Of a DNA stretch of 64,000 nt, positions 26,049 through 34,515 are shown piece after piece. Within the stretch, counting starts at the first letter, position 1. Every line of letters begins with the position of its first letter. The translations under genes and the position numbers were made by a program. The notes below the pieces were generated by a model. The model saw only the letters and a list, made by a program, of their open reading frames with translations. It ran no database searches and was not told the DNA's origin. Location: positions 64,001 to 128,000 of IMG/VR virus record IMGVR_UViG_3300045988_142974. One strand, given 5' to 3'. This DNA is from a virus.

Positions 26049-26231
26049 ATGAACGAAACACAAGAAAAGATATATGGCTTATTGGAAAGTTATTTAGAAT
26101 ACTGTAAGACAAACGGATATACAGAGTTTGAGGTATGGTGTGAAGATAATATTGATACCGTTGATGAAGATTCATTGGTACAAGATATTTATCAGGAAGT
26201 GAATCATATAGCTGACAAATTGTTTGAATAG
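26049..26231 (+). CDS. hypothetical acidic protein (60 aa)
   Basis: Track ORF 26034..26231. ATG follows the TTGGAGGTTGATTAC SD. Confidence 0.5.
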   Translation: MNETQEKIYGLLESYLEYCKTNGYTEFEVWCEDNIDTVDEDSLVQDIYQEVNHIADKLFE

Positions 26232-26247
26232 GAAGTGAGGGAATAAT

Positions 26248-26616
26248 ATGGTAAGAAAAATTAACAATAGATTGTATAAAGTTAATACATATGCTTCTGC
26301 ACACATTATTGAAGTAGATGATAATTATGATGAAGAAGTGCAGAAACTAAGAAAAGAAATCCAACTTGACAGTATTGGATACAAATTGAACTTACTTGTA
26401 TATCTCGCCACATTAACGGTACAAGGATATGCAATTTTAAGCGTAACAGAATTTAATATTGATGGAAGAAAGCCTAGAGTTGCTTATGCAAGTAATAAAG
26501 ATTTAAGAAAATTGTTAAGTATTATTTTGGAAAGAAAGCATAGGAAACGGAAATTTACTTGGAGAATATGTAAGAGGTTGGAATATTCAATTTCTTATTT
26601 TTATGGAAAGGAATGA
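26248..26616 (+). CDS. hypothetical protein (122 aa)
   Basis: ORF track. GTGAGGGAATA SD. Confidence 0.55.
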   Translation: MVRKINNRLYKVNTYASAHIIEVDDNYDEEVQKLRKEIQLDSIGYKLNLLVYLATLTVQGYAILSVTEFNIDGRKPRVAYASNKDLRKLLSIILERKHRKRKFTWRICKRLEYSISYFYGKE

Positions 26617-26849
26617 TAATTACTATGTTTGATTACAAAGAATTTAAAAAGGAAATGTCTAAGAGAGGACATGAAGTACATAAGAATGGAAAGTATCTTA
26701 CAATTATCCCTAATAATAATTACGAGGGATACGGTAAAGGATTTTTGTTTGCAACGGATATCGTTGAAGGTTTTGAGGATGCATTAAAGTTGCTAAATAT
26801 GAATCATTTTAATACTTGGATATATAGTGCAAAATTTAAGATTGTATGA
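26613..26849 (+). CDS. hypothetical protein (78 aa; alternative start 26625)
   Basis: ORF track. ATGA overlap with the upstream stop. Confidence 0.5.
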   Translation: MIITMFDYKEFKKEMSKRGHEVHKNGKYLTIIPNNNYEGYGKGFLFATDIVEGFEDALKLLNMNHFNTWIYSAKFKIV

Positions 26850-26904
26850 TAGAATTAGAATAGTAACAATGAGACGTGAATAGTTAAATAGGAGGATTTA
26901 ATTT

Positions 26905-27051
26905 ATGGGTACAGTTATAAGTATAATATTTTTAGTATTAATGTTTGCATTTTGGAGAAGTGGTAAGGAAGAAGAGGCAAGAAAAAGAAGAGATATGTAT
27001 AACAATCTCAATAAAAAGTCTGTAGATGAAATGGAAAAATGGAGAAGATAG
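26905..27051 (+). CDS. small membrane peptide (48 aa)
   Basis: Own translation MGTVISIIFLVLMFAFWRSGKEEEARKRRDMYNNLNKKSVDEMEKWRR. TAGGAGGATTT SD. Confidence 0.45.
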   Translation: MGTVISIIFLVLMFAFWRSGKEEEARKRRDMYNNLNKKSVDEMEKWRR

Positions 27052-27068
27052 AAAGGCGGTCGATTAAT

Positions 27069-27689
27069 ATGTTTGGAGGATTGTTAGCATTCTTAGGAAT
27101 TTATGCAGGAAGTGCTGCAAAGGCAGCTAAAGATAACTATGATATGAAGAAAATTACTCGTACAGTTGATGAAAAAGGAAATGTTCATTATGCAGATAGA
27201 TTGTGTAACGAATATATCAATGGTGAGCGAGTAAAGAGAGTTGAAACTACTGACAGAAACGGAGTTAAGTTATATTCAACTGTTGGTATGAATAGCAGTA
27301 AAGTGTATGACACTTCTTATGGAAGGGGTACACAACAGTTATTAGAGTATAGTGAACGTGACAAACAAGATAACATTAAGCGTGGATATAATGTATACGA
27401 ACAATACAATCCTTATTTCGGAACATTTGTTACAACTGAGATTAGTTCAGGAAGAACAATTACTTGTCTGTTTAGTGGGAAAAATAGTAAGACTGGTAAA
27501 GAGTTCTATAGAGTGTGGTATTTCCGTCCAGAATGTCAAGGAAAACTTGATTACAATACGACTGTTGAGGGTGATATGGGAATTGAAATTACAAAGGAAG
27601 AATTTAATAAATTAAAATTCGGATGTCTAAAATGTAGTTCAATGCCAAGCGATAATAATGTAACTAAAAAGTTGTGGGGCGATGACTAA
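27069..27689 (+). CDS. membrane-anchored hypothetical protein (206 aa)
   Basis: Track ORF 27039..27689. ATG 27069 gives the N-terminal helix MFGGLLAFLGIYAGSAA. Confidence 0.6.
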   Translation: MFGGLLAFLGIYAGSAAKAAKDNYDMKKITRTVDEKGNVHYADRLCNEYINGERVKRVETTDRNGVKLYSTVGMNSSKVYDTSYGRGTQQLLEYSERDKQDNIKRGYNVYEQYNPYFGTFVTTEISSGRTITCLFSGKNSKTGKEFYRVWYFRPECQGKLDYNTTVEGDMGIEITKEEFNKLKFGCLKCSSMPSDNNVTKKLWGDD

Positions 27690-27716
27690 TGAACGATGTA
27701 AAAGGAGTGATTAAGA

Positions 27717-28007
27717 ATGAAGGCAAAAATAATTACGGACACAATATATATTTATACTTATTTGAGAGATGGGTATAACTTAAAAGATAAATTAAAAGAG
27801 TTCAATCAAAAACATGATGAAAATATGATAGGGAAAATTTGTGTAGGCGGAAATGGTTTCGCGCGTTTTTCATTAGAACTTAATGGTATAGAATTGTTAA
27901 AACAATTTTGTACCGACAACAATGTAGAACTTATTGAAGCGCCGATATTGAGCGTTGACATTATTAGACCAGCGCAATATCGTAATCTTTTATCTTATTA
28001 TAAATAA
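27717..28007 (+). CDS. hypothetical protein (96 aa)
   Basis: ORF track. AAAGGAGTGATTAAGA SD. Confidence 0.55.
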   Translation: MKAKIITDTIYIYTYLRDGYNLKDKLKEFNQKHDENMIGKICVGGNGFARFSLELNGIELLKQFCTDNNVELIEAPILSVDIIRPAQYRNLLSYYK

Positions 28008-28046
28008 ATGGATGAGTTGTGTATAATAACTATTATGTCAAATAAA

Positions 28047-28078
28047 AATAAGCTGTCTGTAACAACAGACAGCTTATT
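28047..28078. terminator. 14-bp perfect hairpin AATAAGCTGTCTGT-AACA-ACAGACAGCTTATT
   Basis: Read directly. The A-run on the plus side and T-run on the minus side suggest a bidirectional terminator or module boundary. Confidence 0.6.
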
Positions 28079-28267
28079 GGGACTTACCCACTAAGTCCGC
28101 AGACATAACGCTTCAACTTGAAACTATATAGTTTCCCTGAAACTCAAATAAATAATAATAAATTATTAGGCAAAAGTCAAGAAAAAATTAAAATGATTGT
28201 AGAATTCAAAAAAATACTAGAGGGATTTGGTAGTTTAATATAATCGAAAGAAAGTGAAGTGAGTATA

Positions 28268-28867
28268 ATGATAAAAGAAAAAATTGTAGTGGAATACTAC
28301 AAAAATAAGAAAACTAAGGAAATCACCTTGGATTACGATGATTATACTGAGGAATATTATATTTTTAAACAAGAATATAATGTATTTAAAAATAATGGAA
28401 AAGTATCAAAGACAGATATGAGCGAATACGATTGTGTCAATAAAGAAGCTGAGAAGCTTTTAGCTGAACGTCTTCGTCTAAAGTCTGAAACAAAAGAAGA
28501 TGAAAAAAGAGCAATTGAACTAGCAAAGATAGTTAGAAGGGCTTATGAAGATATGAAAAATAAAGACCCTGAATCAGTCTGCTCAATTGATTGGAACTAT
28601 ATTCAAAAAGAGCAAGAATTTGATGATTCATTAACACCCGGATGGGTAACAGTAAAAATAAAAAGTTCATGCTCAAAATGGTATCAGAGTTATGCGGGTT
28701 TTGGTCACTCTCCATCATTTTATCATTATCAAGTTCCAATTTGCGTTGAAAAGGAGGCAAAGGAATTACAAAAAATAAGGGAAAAACACCAAGATGATGA
28801 TACATTTAATTTTGAAATATGTGACTATCCTAAAAGAGTTATCAGAGAAGCCGACCATGATTGTTAA
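28268..28867 (+). CDS. hypothetical protein (199 aa)
   Basis: Track ORF 28259..28867. First ATG at 28268. Lies in an AT-rich island lacking the GGAGTGATT-type SD of its neighbours. Confidence 0.6.
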   Translation: MIKEKIVVEYYKNKKTKEITLDYDDYTEEYYIFKQEYNVFKNNGKVSKTDMSEYDCVNKEAEKLLAERLRLKSETKEDEKRAIELAKIVRRAYEDMKNKDPESVCSIDWNYIQKEQEFDDSLTPGWVTVKIKSSCSKWYQSYAGFGHSPSFYHYQVPICVEKEAKELQKIREKHQDDDTFNFEICDYPKRVIREADHDC

Positions 28868-28882
28868 GGGGAATATATATTT

Positions 28883-29668
28883 ATGAAGACAAAATTTGCA
28901 ATAAAAATATTAAATATAAAGGATGATTATAGAAATAGAAAGGATGATGAAAAATATTATTACGAAATCTACCAAGAAAATAAACAAAAATATGTTTCGT
29001 TATTTAATATTAAAAAAGCAAAAAAGTTTCAAAATGCAAAAAATGCAAAAATACACTTAAAAAAACTTGTAGATGAATGCGCAAACATCAACAAGGCTTC
29101 TGGATTTAAAATAGTAGAAGTTGATGAACAATACAATATTATTTCAGAAGAGAACATTAGTGTACAGAAATTATCCGAGGAACTTGTTGCAAAAAATCCA
29201 CAATATAAGGGAATTGAATATTACATCAACAAGCTATCAAAAGTAATGACTAGACTCAAAGTGGATAATTATGAGTATAATTGGGATAAAGATTCCGCTT
29301 ATATAAAATTTACTTATAAAGGAGAGTTTTACAAATTTGACCACAAAGCAACGGAAGAAAATAAATTAACATATGGTACAGATTGTTTAGCTCAACTTGT
29401 ATTAACCTTAGAAGATTTGGCACGAATGTCAGAACGAAATATATATGATTTTTCAGTATGGATATCAGGGATGAAATATTTACCTGAGAAAAAATTGCTG
29501 CCACAATGTTTTCAAAATCTTGGTTTTAAATATGATTATCCATCAAAAGAAGAATTAGATAGGGCATATAAAGAGTTATTAAAAATAGTTCATCCTGACA
29601 ATGGTGGAAGTAGTGAAAGCTTCATTAGTTTGAAAAAATCATATGAAGAATGCTTGAAACAGATATAG
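28883..29668 (+). CDS. protein with C-terminal DnaJ-type J domain (HPD motif), 261 aa
   Basis: C-terminus PSKEELDRAYKELLKIVHPDNGGSSESFISLKKSYEECLKQI shows J-domain helix II, the HPD loop and helix III. The N-terminal 200 aa are unrecognised. Confidence 0.7.
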   Translation: MKTKFAIKILNIKDDYRNRKDDEKYYYEIYQENKQKYVSLFNIKKAKKFQNAKNAKIHLKKLVDECANINKASGFKIVEVDEQYNIISEENISVQKLSEELVAKNPQYKGIEYYINKLSKVMTRLKVDNYEYNWDKDSAYIKFTYKGEFYKFDHKATEENKLTYGTDCLAQLVLTLEDLARMSERNIYDFSVWISGMKYLPEKKLLPQCFQNLGFKYDYPSKEELDRAYKELLKIVHPDNGGSSESFISLKKSYEECLKQI

Positions 29669-29762
29669 TGATAAGTAAATAATAGTTTCATTGGAAAATT
29701 CAATCAATATATTGTGATTGGATAATGTATAAAACGCAATATATAGTATGCAGACAAACGCA

Positions 29763-29798
29763 AACCGCTAGTAGTAAAATACTGGCGGTTGTTTTTTG
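29763..29798 (+). terminator. Rho-independent terminator (AACCGC ... GCGGTT + GTTTTTT)
   Basis: Read directly. Confidence 0.55.
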
Positions 29799-29818
29799 TT
29801 GAAAAACACAATTCATAT

Positions 29819-29850
29819 ATTGACTTTAACAACATTATATGTTAAGATAA
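29819..29850 (+). promoter_or_regulatory. Candidate promoter TTGACT-17 nt-TAAGAT
   Basis: Read directly upstream of the small RHH-like gene. Confidence 0.35.
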
Positions 29851-29873
29851 CAATATCAAAGGAGGTATCAAAT

Positions 29874-30041
29874 ATGAAGAAGGCATTTAATACTTCCATT
29901 GATGAAGAAATACTTGAACAGTTTAGAGAAAAATGTAAAGAGCAAAAAATCCCAATCAATGTTGTATTGGAAAGATTTATGCAAGGCTATATTGACGAAG
30001 ACTTTAAACTGGAGATGAAGTATTTTCATAATGGAAAATAA
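29874..30041 (+). CDS. small ribbon-helix-helix-like protein (55 aa)
   Basis: Internal ATG of track ORF 29796..30041, with an AAGGAGG SD. MKKAFNTSIDEEILEQFREKCKEQKIPINVVLERFMQGYI fits the beta-strand/helix/helix CopG-Arc pattern. Confidence 0.55.
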   Translation: MKKAFNTSIDEEILEQFREKCKEQKIPINVVLERFMQGYIDEDFKLEMKYFHNGK

Positions 30042-30314
30042 AAAGAGCAGGTTCTCCACCGTCCAAAGCGAAAACCTACTCTTAACACAACTTGAACCTA
30101 AGTCCTAGTCATTACATATTATATCGTATTTTCTGGACTTATTCAAGTCACATTTTCCAAACAAGAATTGCGTACATTGAAAATTAAATAGCAGATTGGC
30201 TATCTGTAAAAGCTGTCGTGATGGAGTTGGAATACTCTCGATAGTCTGCGGGCAAATAGAGAATAAAACTATAGAAGACTATCAACAAATTTATATAAGA
30301 AAGGAAGATACGAC

Positions 30315-31070
30315 ATGAATAAGATTCAGGAATTTTTTAGTGAGCAGTTTGGAACTGTTCGTACAGTAAATGTAAATGGACAGGTTTATTTTGTCGGAAT
30401 TGATATTGCAAAAGCATTGGGATATTCGAATGCAGCTAAAGCGGTATCAACACATTGTAAGAGGGCTTTTAAAACAGAAATTGATGTGAGTTCCCAAAAT
30501 GGGAAGGCACATAAAGCGAGAAATTCACAGGAGATGTTGGTGATTTCAAAGTCAGATATTTACAGATTGATTGTAAAGTCAAAACTTGAATCAGCAGATC
30601 AGTTTGAATCGTGGATATTTGATGAAATCTTACCGAGAATCGAATCAACTGGTGCTTACATTGAAGAAGGTAGAGAAGAGGAAATGGTTCAGAAATATTT
30701 TCCATCATTCTCAAAAGAAGCTCAGACAATAATGGTCAATGATTTGATTAAGCAGAATAGAGAACTTAAAGCGTTCTATGATGACCTGATGAACACCGAA
30801 GGACTTATGAGTATTAATACAATGGCAAAGGAGCTTGGTATTGGAGAATACAAGCTGTTTGCTTTTCTTAGAAATAAGAAAGTATTCTTCTATGACAAAG
30901 ATATGGTGAATGTACCTTATGAGAGATTCAGAAAAGAAGGCAAATTTGCTGTAAAAGAAACACCTTGTCATGATGGAAATATCAGATCTGTTACATATGC
31001 AACTAAGAAGGGATTGGATTATGTAAGAAAACTTCTTAGGAAGAACGGTTATTATTCTGTGACTGAATAA
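30315..31070 (+). CDS. Phage antirepressor (Bro-N domain + KilAC/ANT C-terminal domain)
   Basis: N-terminus FGTVRTVNVNGQVYFVGIDIAKALGYSNAAKAVSTHCK is a Bro-N signature. The C-terminus INTMAKELGIGEYKLFAFLRNKKVFFYD...VPYERFRKEGKFAVKE is ANT/KilAC-like. Confidence 0.85.
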   Translation: MNKIQEFFSEQFGTVRTVNVNGQVYFVGIDIAKALGYSNAAKAVSTHCKRAFKTEIDVSSQNGKAHKARNSQEMLVISKSDIYRLIVKSKLESADQFESWIFDEILPRIESTGAYIEEGREEEMVQKYFPSFSKEAQTIMVNDLIKQNRELKAFYDDLMNTEGLMSINTMAKELGIGEYKLFAFLRNKKVFFYDKDMVNVPYERFRKEGKFAVKETPCHDGNIRSVTYATKKGLDYVRKLLRKNGYYSVTE

Positions 31071-31167
31071 ATAATAATCTGAGTGCTGATATGAAGCATT
31101 CGACTTGTTCTATACTTCTCAAGTCAAAAGAAGTAGTGTATAATAATAAAGAAAGCGAGTGATGAAT

Positions 31168-31581
31168 ATGAAATATGGAGACATTGTTGTATATAAAAAT
31201 CAGATTGGAACAGTAGTAAAAAGCGAAAATGATTTTAAGTTCCATCCGTGTAATTATGGAAGGTGTTATTTTAGCGAGTTAAATACAATTACTGACAGTG
31301 ATGTAAGAGAAGCAACACACGATGAAAAATTGGAACTGATAGAAAAAGAATTTACATGGGGTAATGTGATTAAGATTCATTGCATTGGAGAATATCAGAT
31401 TGTAGAGTATATTGATAAAAGAGATAAGAAAACATTTTATCACGGATACATTAACTACAACGACATAAATCGTTCATATTTTTCTCTTGATTCTGCATTA
31501 ATTGGATGTATTGGATACAAACATGAGGGTGGAAATGGTAGAGCAGCAATGTATTTTGAGAAAATGATTGGTTTGGAATAG
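31168..31581 (+). CDS. hypothetical protein (137 aa)
   Basis: Track ORF 31159..31581. ATG in the GAGTGATGAAT-ATG context. Confidence 0.55.
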   Translation: MKYGDIVVYKNQIGTVVKSENDFKFHPCNYGRCYFSELNTITDSDVREATHDEKLELIEKEFTWGNVIKIHCIGEYQIVEYIDKRDKKTFYHGYINYNDINRSYFSLDSALIGCIGYKHEGGNGRAAMYFEKMIGLE

Positions 31582-31623
31582 GCACAGGAAACCAAGTTTT
31601 CTTGTGGAGTGGAGAATACATCT

Positions 31624-31845
31624 ATGAAAAATGAAATATATTCGGTTGCTTATAACGATAAAAATGACAATGGATTTTCTAAGATAGAACCGTGGATTAT
31701 AAGTGACTTCGGAAATGATTTAAAGAAATGTAAAATCAAGGCAAATGAATTGATTAAACAATGGTGCAAAAATGTTACAATTTTTAAATGTAATGAACTT
31801 CCAGAAATTGTGACTTGGGATTATGTAAAAGCCCATAAAATCTAA
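31624..31845 (+). CDS. hypothetical protein (73 aa)
   Basis: Track ORF 31609..31845. First ATG after the GTGGAGAATA SD. Confidence 0.5.
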   Translation: MKNEIYSVAYNDKNDNGFSKIEPWIISDFGNDLKKCKIKANELIKQWCKNVTIFKCNELPEIVTWDYVKAHKI

Positions 31846-31879
31846 GTTTACCTATGTGCAGAAAGGAGAATAAATTTGT

Positions 31880-32098
31880 ATGGAGATACCTAAATATATA
31901 CAGAATAAAATTAAGCAACAAAATGAAGCTTGTAAAAAAGCAAGTAAACTAGAAGCAGAAATTGAAAATTGGTGTCAATTATCTGGATTTGATCCATATT
32001 CGAAAGAATATAAAGAAATTAAAGGTAGATTAGTAGATGCAGTTGCACCATTAAATGCAGATAAAATAAAAGAGATTGCCAATAGAATTGAGTATTAA
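31880..32098 (+). CDS. hypothetical protein (72 aa)
   Basis: ORF track. Its 3' end and downstream spacer are duplicated after the next gene. Confidence 0.55.
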   Translation: MEIPKYIQNKIKQQNEACKKASKLEAEIENWCQLSGFDPYSKEYKEIKGRLVDAVAPLNADKIKEIANRIEY

Positions 32099-32132
32099 AT
32101 GTTACTAAGAATTTTAAGTTTACTATGGAAGA

Positions 32133-32384
32133 TTGGAGGTGATTATTATTTTTGAAAGTGAATTACAAGAAAATATAAATGATACAATATTGAAAAAATA
32201 TAAGAATTTAATAAAAAAGTTATCAATTGATAATAGAGTTTTATGTATCTGTAAAGATAATGAGAATGGAGAATATTATCTTGAAGAATGTTGCGATAAC
32301 TATTTTAAATACACATTGACAAAAGAAGATTGTTTGCAATTAGCAAAATTATTCAATGAGATTGCAAATACAATTGAATATTGA
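32133..32384 (+). CDS. hypothetical protein (about 80 aa; start codon uncertain, no in-frame ATG near the 5' end)
   Basis: ORF track (TTG 32133, GTG 32139). The GGAGGTGATT SD overlaps these codons, so an ATT start a few codons in is possible. Confidence 0.45.
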   Translation: MEVIIIFESELQENINDTILKKYKNLIKKLSIDNRVLCICKDNENGEYYLEECCDNYFKYTLTKEDCLQLAKLFNEIANTIEY

Positions 32385-32420
32385 ATGTTACTAAGAAGTT
32401 TAAGTTCCGAGAGGTGATAT

Positions 32421-32735
32421 ATGACGTTAGAAGAGTGTAACGGAAATTGGAATTTTATGTATGAATTTAGAATTGGAGAAAATTGGTATCCATGTAATGT
32501 AATCAAAGTAGATAATGATCAGGTGTGTATCTTTACAAGAAATGGATCTGTAACGTCAGAACAACGTAAAGACGTAAGAAAAATGGACATAGATTTATAC
32601 TTACAAACAAGATTAAGAATAATTAGAGATATTGGAAAATATGCTTATAATCATGGATACCATAATGATATAGAAGATGACTTGATGTTATTTCGTAATT
32701 CAAAAGAATTAAACGTTTTAGAGAAGGGAGAATGA
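32421..32735 (+). CDS. hypothetical protein (104 aa)
   Basis: ORF track. GAGAGGTGATAT SD. Confidence 0.55.
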   Translation: MTLEECNGNWNFMYEFRIGENWYPCNVIKVDNDQVCIFTRNGSVTSEQRKDVRKMDIDLYLQTRLRIIRDIGKYAYNHGYHNDIEDDLMLFRNSKELNVLEKGE

Positions 32736-32740
32736 TCATT

Positions 32741-32971
32741 ATGCATGTGAATAAATTTGAAACAAAATCGGATGAAGAATTATCTGTATTATACGGACAA
32801 TTTCTTGAAGCAGAAAAAATATCTGGTTTTTCAGATGATAACGAATTGGGGAAAATTAAAAAAGAATATGAAAAAGATTTCGGAGCAAATACTGTATTAA
32901 TGCTTCAAATTGAATTGACTCATACAATAGCAAACAGATGGTTTATAGAACATAGAGGCAAAGAAATTTAA
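32741..32971 (+). CDS. hypothetical protein (76 aa)
   Basis: Track ORF 32732..32971. Confidence 0.5.
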   Translation: MHVNKFETKSDEELSVLYGQFLEAEKISGFSDDNELGKIKKEYEKDFGANTVLMLQIELTHTIANRWFIEHRGKEI

Positions 32972-32987
32972 CTTTCCTTGTCATTAT

Positions 32988-33097
32988 GTGGGTAGCTAAT
33001 ATAGGGGCTGCTTTGACGAAAGCAAACGAGTTCAAGTCTCATAAATCAGTAATCAGGCTGACAGAAGTAAGAATAGGTTCAAGTCCTATCGCCCACA
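32988..33097 (+). ncRNA. Atypical tRNA-like element (about 110 nt) with an acceptor-like stem and two canonical T-arm-like hairpins
   Basis: 5' GTGGGTA pairs with 3' CGCCCAC (6 bp plus an A-C mismatch). T-arm ATAGG-TTCAAGT-CCTAT lies at 33073-33089, directly abutting the 3' strand. A second T-arm-like GAG-TTCAAGT-CTC lies at 33028-33040. Further hairpins are TGCTTT-GACG-AAAGCA (33009-33024) and TCAG...CTGA (33046-33061). I could not fold a standard cloverleaf or assign an anticodon. Confidence 0.4.
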
Positions 33098-33137
33098 ATA
33101 TGATGAATGATGATTTCTTTAATTTGGAGGTAATGAT

Positions 33138-33428
33138 ATGACAAAAAGTCAAATAGAAAAATTTGCAGTAGGTTATTCTTCTTATCCTACAGACTGTGTG
33201 GAAGAAGTATTAAAAGTTACTAATTTCGATGAAGATTTAGCGAGGAAAATTTTAGATGACAAAGAGAAAACATTAGCAATTTGGCAGAATGGAACAATAA
33301 TGATTGATGGAGTAACACTTTGTTGTGGATATGATTTCGCAGAAGATGCTTTTAGCAAAAAGATAAATATTGGTTATTGTCCGATTTGTGGAAGAAAAAT
33401 TGTAATTAAGAAGCCAATGAATGAATGA
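33138..33428 (+). CDS. hypothetical protein with C-terminal CPICG zinc knuckle (96 aa)
   Basis: ORF track. TTGGAGGTAATGAT SD. Confidence 0.55.
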   Translation: MTKSQIEKFAVGYSSYPTDCVEEVLKVTNFDEDLARKILDDKEKTLAIWQNGTIMIDGVTLCCGYDFAEDAFSKKINIGYCPICGRKIVIKKPMNE

Positions 33429-33459
33429 TTTATTGGGAAGATTGGAAGAGGTGATATGA

Positions 33460-33636
33460 ATGGAGCAATGGGATATTATGTGCTGTAAATGTGGGAAATT
33501 CATTCTAACAGAACAAAAAGAGAAAATGACGGGAAATATAAAATGTATTAAAGGCAACTATAAAGATGGTTTTTACAATGGAGCTGAAGATAAGTTTTAT
33601 TGTAAAAAATGCGCTAATAAATTAGGATTTAGGTGA
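33460..33636 (+). CDS. small zinc-ribbon protein (58 aa)
   Basis: Own translation MEQWDIMCCKCGKFILTEQKEKMTGNIKCIKGNYKDGFYNGAEDKFYCKKCANKLGFR. GGAAGAGGTGATATGA SD. Confidence 0.45.
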   Translation: MEQWDIMCCKCGKFILTEQKEKMTGNIKCIKGNYKDGFYNGAEDKFYCKKCANKLGFR

Positions 33637-33641
33637 TACAA

Positions 33642-33809
33642 ATGACAAGAATAATGGATAAGCCAAACAAAATAAAGGCAAAACTTATTGTTGAAGTTGA
33701 AGCTGAATTTTATGACAATGAATCATCAGAAGAAACATTAAGATATTGTGTTGAACAGGACTTAGAAGATACAGGATTAAATGTTATTGATGTTTCAGTA
33801 ATTGAATGA
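33642..33809 (+). CDS. small acidic protein (55 aa)
   Basis: Own translation MTRIMDKPNKIKAKLIVEVEAEFYDNESSEETLRYCVEQDLEDTGLNVIDVSVIE. Confidence 0.45.
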   Translation: MTRIMDKPNKIKAKLIVEVEAEFYDNESSEETLRYCVEQDLEDTGLNVIDVSVIE

Positions 33810-33819
33810 GGTGGTATAG

Positions 33820-34050
33820 ATGGAATTTAAGAAAGGCGATAGAGTATTTCATAAGGGCTTAGAGCTTATAGGAACTTTTATGGAATATGCATGGAATAGT
33901 GATGAAGAAGCTATTGTGAAATTTGATAATGCTGACAATCCTGATGACTGTAGACATATATCTGTAAATCAATTACAGAATTGTCCAAGTAACGAAGAGA
34001 TTGGAAAGAGAATTGCGAGGTATAACAGGGGAATTAAAGAGGTGATATAA
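33820..34050 (+). CDS. hypothetical protein (76 aa)
   Basis: ORF track. Confidence 0.55.
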   Translation: MEFKKGDRVFHKGLELIGTFMEYAWNSDEEAIVKFDNADNPDDCRHISVNQLQNCPSNEEIGKRIARYNRGIKEVI

Positions 34051-34314
34051 ATGAGTCGAATTAATAAAACGCAAAATAACTTAGATACTGTGTGGAATAA
34101 TTTAGATTTAGCTTATGAATATATGGAAAGAGCTATTGAAGATTTATCACAAATGACTGGATTATCTGATGAATTAAAGAGAATGGTTGAGCAGTACGAT
34201 TTGTCGGAAATCAGTATAATGAAGCAGGAAATTGAAGAATTGATGTTTAATGCTGATGGCACACAAAGAACCGCTAAAATAGATGACTATAGAAGTGGTA
34301 AAATTTCACTGTAA
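34051..34314 (+). CDS. hypothetical protein (87 aa)
   Basis: ORF track. Abuts the previous stop. Confidence 0.55.
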   Translation: MSRINKTQNNLDTVWNNLDLAYEYMERAIEDLSQMTGLSDELKRMVEQYDLSEISIMKQEIEELMFNADGTQRTAKIDDYRSGKISL

Positions 34315-34329
34315 ATGATGGGGATGCAA

Positions 34330-34482
34330 ATGGAATCAATTATAAATGAATTGGCAAAAAAAGATAACTTTACAAATGACAAGCAGTATAATTCAGGTTT
34401 AAGGCTAATAAGAGAAATGGGTTATCGCTATGTCAGTGGAGAACCTGAAGTTAAGTATTATTGTATATGTAATGGGTACTAA
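34330..34482 (+). CDS. small ORF (50 aa)
   Basis: Own translation MESIINELAKKDNFTNDKQYNSGLRLIREMGYRYVSGEPEVKYYCICNGY. Confidence 0.4.
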   Translation: MESIINELAKKDNFTNDKQYNSGLRLIREMGYRYVSGEPEVKYYCICNGY

Positions 34483-34515
34483 GAATTTGTTGGAAAGTTG
34501 GAAGAGGTGATATAG

